Below, piece after piece: positions 61,000 to 64,000 of a stretch of DNA of 64,000 nt (position 1 is the stretch's first letter; each line of letters begins with the position of its first letter). The translations under genes and the position numbers were made by a program. The notes under the pieces are model-generated. The model worked only from the letters and a program-made list of their open reading frames with translations, had not been told where the DNA came from and did no database searches. Origin of the DNA: a virus (taxonomy: Duplodnaviria; Caudoviricetes); the IMG/VR virus record IMGVR_UViG_3300028888_000097, positions 26,682-90,681 of that record. The stretch is one strand, 5' to 3'.

Positions 61000-61528
61000 A
61001 TTCACGGAGGTTGTGAGGGGGAGGACGGAGATCCGGTTCTCCTCCCTCTTTCAGCGGGGGACGGAGTATGCTGTTGAGCACGTCATGGGGTACAGTATGT
61101 ATCCGTCTCCATACGCACCGCTGTGCGCCCACCTTCGGTACGATGTTTTCCGGGACGGGGAGTTCATCGGGCAGGAGACGGAGTACGAATGCGCTCTGCG
61201 GCTTGTGGCGGTGGACTTTGCGTATCGACTATGGCGGGGACCGCTCGGGGTGATTCTGCGGGACGAGGACAGGCTGGAAGAACTGGTCTGGTGGTTCGTG
61301 CGGGAGATCCCGGAGAAAAAAGGGAACGTCAACATAGCGACTGTTACGAATGCCTATCGTCCGACGGAGACGCCGAAGAGGAAGCCGGATCCGCCGAAGA
61401 GGGGGAGTTCGGTGGAGAAGGTGCGAAAGGGCGAACGAAAAACCGCCCGCAATCCCCCGCTTTTAGGCAGGGGGGCAAGGGCGGCTCCGGAGATTACCGA
61501 TTCGCAAAATAGTTTAGAAGAATCGTGA
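60986..61528 (+). CDS. Hypothetical protein
   Basis: ORF track 60977-61528; start uncertain. Confidence 0.5.
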   Translation: MGAYEFTEVVRGRTEIRFSSLFQRGTEYAVEHVMGYSMYPSPYAPLCAHLRYDVFRDGEFIGQETEYECALRLVAVDFAYRLWRGPLGVILRDEDRLEELVWWFVREIPEKKGNVNIATVTNAYRPTETPKRKPDPPKRGSSVEKVRKGERKTARNPPLLGRGARAAPEITDSQNSLEES

Positions 61529-61631
61529 TAATCAGATTGTTCAGACTTCGGTTTTGCTTTTCTGATTCTTCGAGAAGCAGTTTCTTCAACTTCTCCGGAA
61601 TTCGCAAAGTCAAACGAGTTTCGTTTTCCAT
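61494..61631 (-). CDS. Small ribbon-helix-helix (Arc-like) protein
   Basis: MENETRLTLRIPEKLKKLLLEESEKQNRSLNNLIITIL; GGAGGTG RBS. Confidence 0.78.
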   Translation of the reverse strand: MENETRLTLRIPEKLKKLLLEESEKQNRSLNNLIITILLNYFANR

Positions 61632-61650
61632 AATCTCACCTCCGCTGTCC

Positions 61651-61713
61651 ATTATACCATGACGGCGAAATGGTGTCAAGGTGGTTGACAAAATCTTCTG
61701 ACTGTGGTATAAT
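61651..61713. promoter_or_regulatory. Back-to-back consensus SigA promoters (RHH leftward, tnpB rightward)
   Basis: Minus: TTGACA at 61679-61674, 17 nt, TATAAT at 61656-61651. Plus: TTGACA 61685-61690, 17 nt, TATAAT 61708-61713. Confidence 0.85.
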
Positions 61714-61752
61714 GTCTTTAGGACACCAAAACGACACCGAACCGGAGATAAT

Positions 61753-62868
61753 ATGGAATATTCCTATAAGTTTCGTATATATCCTACATTTGAGCAAGAA
61801 AGATTGATTCAACGCACATTTGGCTGTTGTCGGTATGTTTTCAACTACTTTCTGGCTGATCGACAAGAGAAATATCGGACAACCGGCAAGTCACCAACAC
61901 GATTTCAGCAAGATAAAGACTGTACTATACTCCGGCAAAATATCGAATGGCTACAAGAAGTTGATTCAATCGCACTTAAATCTGAAATACAAAATCTTGA
62001 TTACGCTTTTCGTAATTTCTTCCGGCGCGTCCGTAGTGGGATTAAACCATACGGCTATCCGCAGTTCAAGCGGAAACACGACGACCGAAAGAGTTATAAA
62101 ACAAAGCGCGTTGGAACCAATATTTCAATTAACGCTTCTCAAATTAAGCTCCCAAAACTCGGATGGGTCAAGTGCAAAGTCTCAAAGCAAGTTAAAGGTC
62201 GAATCCTCTCCGCTACGGTATCGCAGAATGCGGCGGGGAAATATTTCGTCGCCGTTAACTGCACCGAGGTTGAGTTTGAACCACTTCCGAAGACCGGAGC
62301 GGTTGTTGGGGTCGATCTTGGAATCAAAGCCCTTGCAACCACTTCGGATGGGATGGAATACCCGAACCGGAAGTTCATCAAGCAATCCGATGCGAAGTTG
62401 CGCCGGGAATCCCGCCGTCTTTCCCGAAAGCAAAAGGGAAGCAAACGCCGGGAGAAACAGCGTATCCGCAAAGCCAGACTTGAAGAGCATATCGCCAATC
62501 AACGGCGGGACTACCTCCAGAAGACCACAACGGAATTGATTCGCAACTATGACGTGATCTGCATCGAAAACCTGAAAACCAAAGGCATGATGAAGAATCA
62601 CAAGTTAGCGCGGTCTCTGTCCGATGTGTCGTTCTATGAGTTCCGCCGGGAGTTGGAGTACAAAGCAGAATGGTATGGAAAGGCGGTGCAAGTGATTGAT
62701 ACCTTCTATCCTTCCAGTCAGCTTTGCCACTCCTGCGGCTATCGCAATCCCGAAACGAAGAAGTTGTCCGTCCGGGAATGGACTTGCCCGGAATGCGGAG
62801 AACATCATGACCGGGATGTGAATGCCGCAATCAATATTCTTAATGAAGGGCTTAGGCTCTTAGCTTAA
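61753..62868 (+). CDS. tnpB: Canonical IS200/IS605-family TnpB nuclease (solo, no tnpA)
   Basis: [30 protein letters not shown]...[15 protein letters not shown]. Confidence 0.93.
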   Translation: MEYSYKFRIYPTFEQERLIQRTFGCCRYVFNYFLADRQEKYRTTGKSPTRFQQDKDCTILRQNIEWLQEVDSIALKSEIQNLDYAFRNFFRRVRSGIKPYGYPQFKRKHDDRKSYKTKRVGTNISINASQIKLPKLGWVKCKVSKQVKGRILSATVSQNAAGKYFVAVNCTEVEFEPLPKTGAVVGVDLGIKALATTSDGMEYPNRKFIKQSDAKLRRESRRLSRKQKGSKRREKQRIRKARLEEHIANQRRDYLQKTTTELIRNYDVICIENLKTKGMMKNHKLARSLSDVSFYEFRRELEYKAEWYGKAVQVIDTFYPSSQLCHSCGYRNPETKKLSVREWTCPECGEHHDRDVNAAINILNEGLRLLA

Positions 62869-63018
62869 TCTACATAAACGGTAGGGCGGGACGCGTCCGA
62901 ACCTAACGCTCGGGGAGACAACGTAAGACCTCCGAATTAGGGGGCAGAAGTCAGCGAACCGAGAATCCCCCCCCGGCTTTAGTCGTGGGGAGTATCAAAT
63001 GATACGGGGACCGCTTCA
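62850..63018 (+). ncRNA. TnpB omegaRNA/reRNA with IS605-type right end
   Basis: Typical right-end hairpin GAATCCCC...GTGGGGAG followed by TATCAA ending at 62998; guide would begin at 62999. Boundaries are approximate. Confidence 0.65.
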
Positions 63019-63041
63019 GCGGTCCTCTTTGGTGGAGGAAA

Positions 63042-64000
63042 ATGAGTTATCAGGAGTTTTTGGAGTCAAAGACGGTGGCCGCTCCGGTTTCCGGGTTTGA
63101 CATTGACTTATCGGAGCTGAATCCGGTATTGAAGGAACATCAGAAGATTTCGGTACAGTGGGCTTGTAAAGGCGGACGTCGGGCCTTATTTGAATCGTTT
63201 GGGTTAGGAAAGTCCAGTTGTCAGTTGGAATACTGCCGAATGGTGCTGCAACACGAGGACGGGACGGAGCCGGGGGTGAGACATCAGGCGTTGATTGTGT
63301 GTCCATTGGGCGTGAAGCAGGAGTTCACGAACGATGCGGAAAACCTTCTCGGATGGGACAGGATTCCGGAATATGTGCGGGACATGGCGGAAATCCGGGC
63401 GACGGACAATCCGATTCTTCTGACAAACTATGAGCGCGTGAGGGACGGGGACATCGATCCGACGTACTTCACGGCCTGTTGTCTGGACGAGGCGTCCGTT
63501 CTCCGGTCCTTCGGATCCAAAACCTATCAGACGTTCCTCGACAAGTTCAAGGGAGTACGGTACAAGTTGGTTGCGACGGCGACGCCGGATCCGAACAAGT
63601 ACAAAGAACTGATTCACTATGCGGGATTTCTGGAGGTGATGGACTCCGGACAGGCGTTGACGCGCTTTTTCCAGAGGGACAGCACGAAAGCGAACAATCT
63701 GACGATCTATCCGCACAAGGAAGAAGAATTCTGGCTTTGGGTTTCGACGTGGGCGTTTTTCCTCTCCACGCCGTCCGATCTGGGGCTTGACGCGGAGGGA
63801 TACGAACTGCCGCCGCTTGACATCCGGTATCACAAGCTGCCGGGGGCGAAATCGGTGGTTCAGAAGGACGGACAGATTGCGATGTTCAACGACGTTGCCG
63901 AGGGGTTATCGGCGGCGGCGCGGGAAAAGAGGGAATCGCTCGATGCGCGGGTCGCCTGTATGATGGAGATTGTGAAGTACGATCCGGAGGCGCACTTCAT
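63042..64000 (+). CDS. SNF2/DEAD-like helicase, truncated by the window end
   Basis: ATG at 63042 after GGAGG, open to the window end; HQ...FESFGLGKS, LIVCPL, CLDEAS, ATATP. Confidence 0.82.
   Translation, partial: MSYQEFLESKTVAAPVSGFDIDLSELNPVLKEHQKISVQWACKGGRRALFESFGLGKSSCQLEYCRMVLQHEDGTEPGVRHQALIVCPLGVKQEFTNDAENLLGWDRIPEYVRDMAEIRATDNPILLTNYERVRDGDIDPTYFTACCLDEASVLRSFGSKTYQTFLDKFKGVRYKLVATATPDPNKYKELIHYAGFLEVMDSGQALTRFFQRDSTKANNLTIYPHKEEEFWLWVSTWAFFLSTPSDLGLDAEGYELPPLDIRYHKLPGAKSVVQKDGQIAMFNDVAEGLSAAAREKRESLDARVACMMEIVKYDPEAHF

Noticed and set aside
62999-63018. Self-target for the solo TnpB guide (partial TGATACGGG at ~43206)
   Set aside because: Only about 9 nt match; expected by chance.
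1271-63833. Numerous long antisense or shadow ORFs (e.g. 1983-2984, 11445-12362, 20663-21592, 31479-32660, 35930-36892, 43295-44380)
   Set aside because: They lie opposite well-supported genes, and the GC-rich codon bias suppresses stops on the reverse strand.

Overview
The whole window looks like part of one temperate tailed phage of a Firmicutes/Clostridia-like host (RecU, SigA-type promoters, AAAGGA/GGAGG ribosome-binding sites). The intact attP has phage DNA on both sides, so this appears to be the excised form. Layout: (1) 1-19 kb rightward tail module with two paralogous tail-tube genes and a 2116-aa tape measure; (2) RecU; (3) at 20.0-22.0 kb, a self-contained minus-strand module made of a 499-aa TnpB/Cas12-type RuvC nuclease, a 264-bp tracr-like spacer region and a degenerate four-repeat mini CRISPR array, one spacer of which matches the phage's own gene at 47795-47830 at 31/36 nt; (4) a 12-kb leftward operon of small accessory genes ending in an XerC/D-like recombinase; (5) a non-coding region with divergent promoters, a 67-bp palindrome and attP, followed by integrase and a double-HTH CI repressor; (6) a rightward replication, recombination and nucleotide-metabolism arm that includes a circularly permuted, split, poly-G-interrupted C5 DNA methyltransferase, a macrodomain gene, a second canonical solo TnpB with its omegaRNA end, and a truncated SNF2-like helicase. 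Family assignments come from motifs recognised by eye, not database searches.
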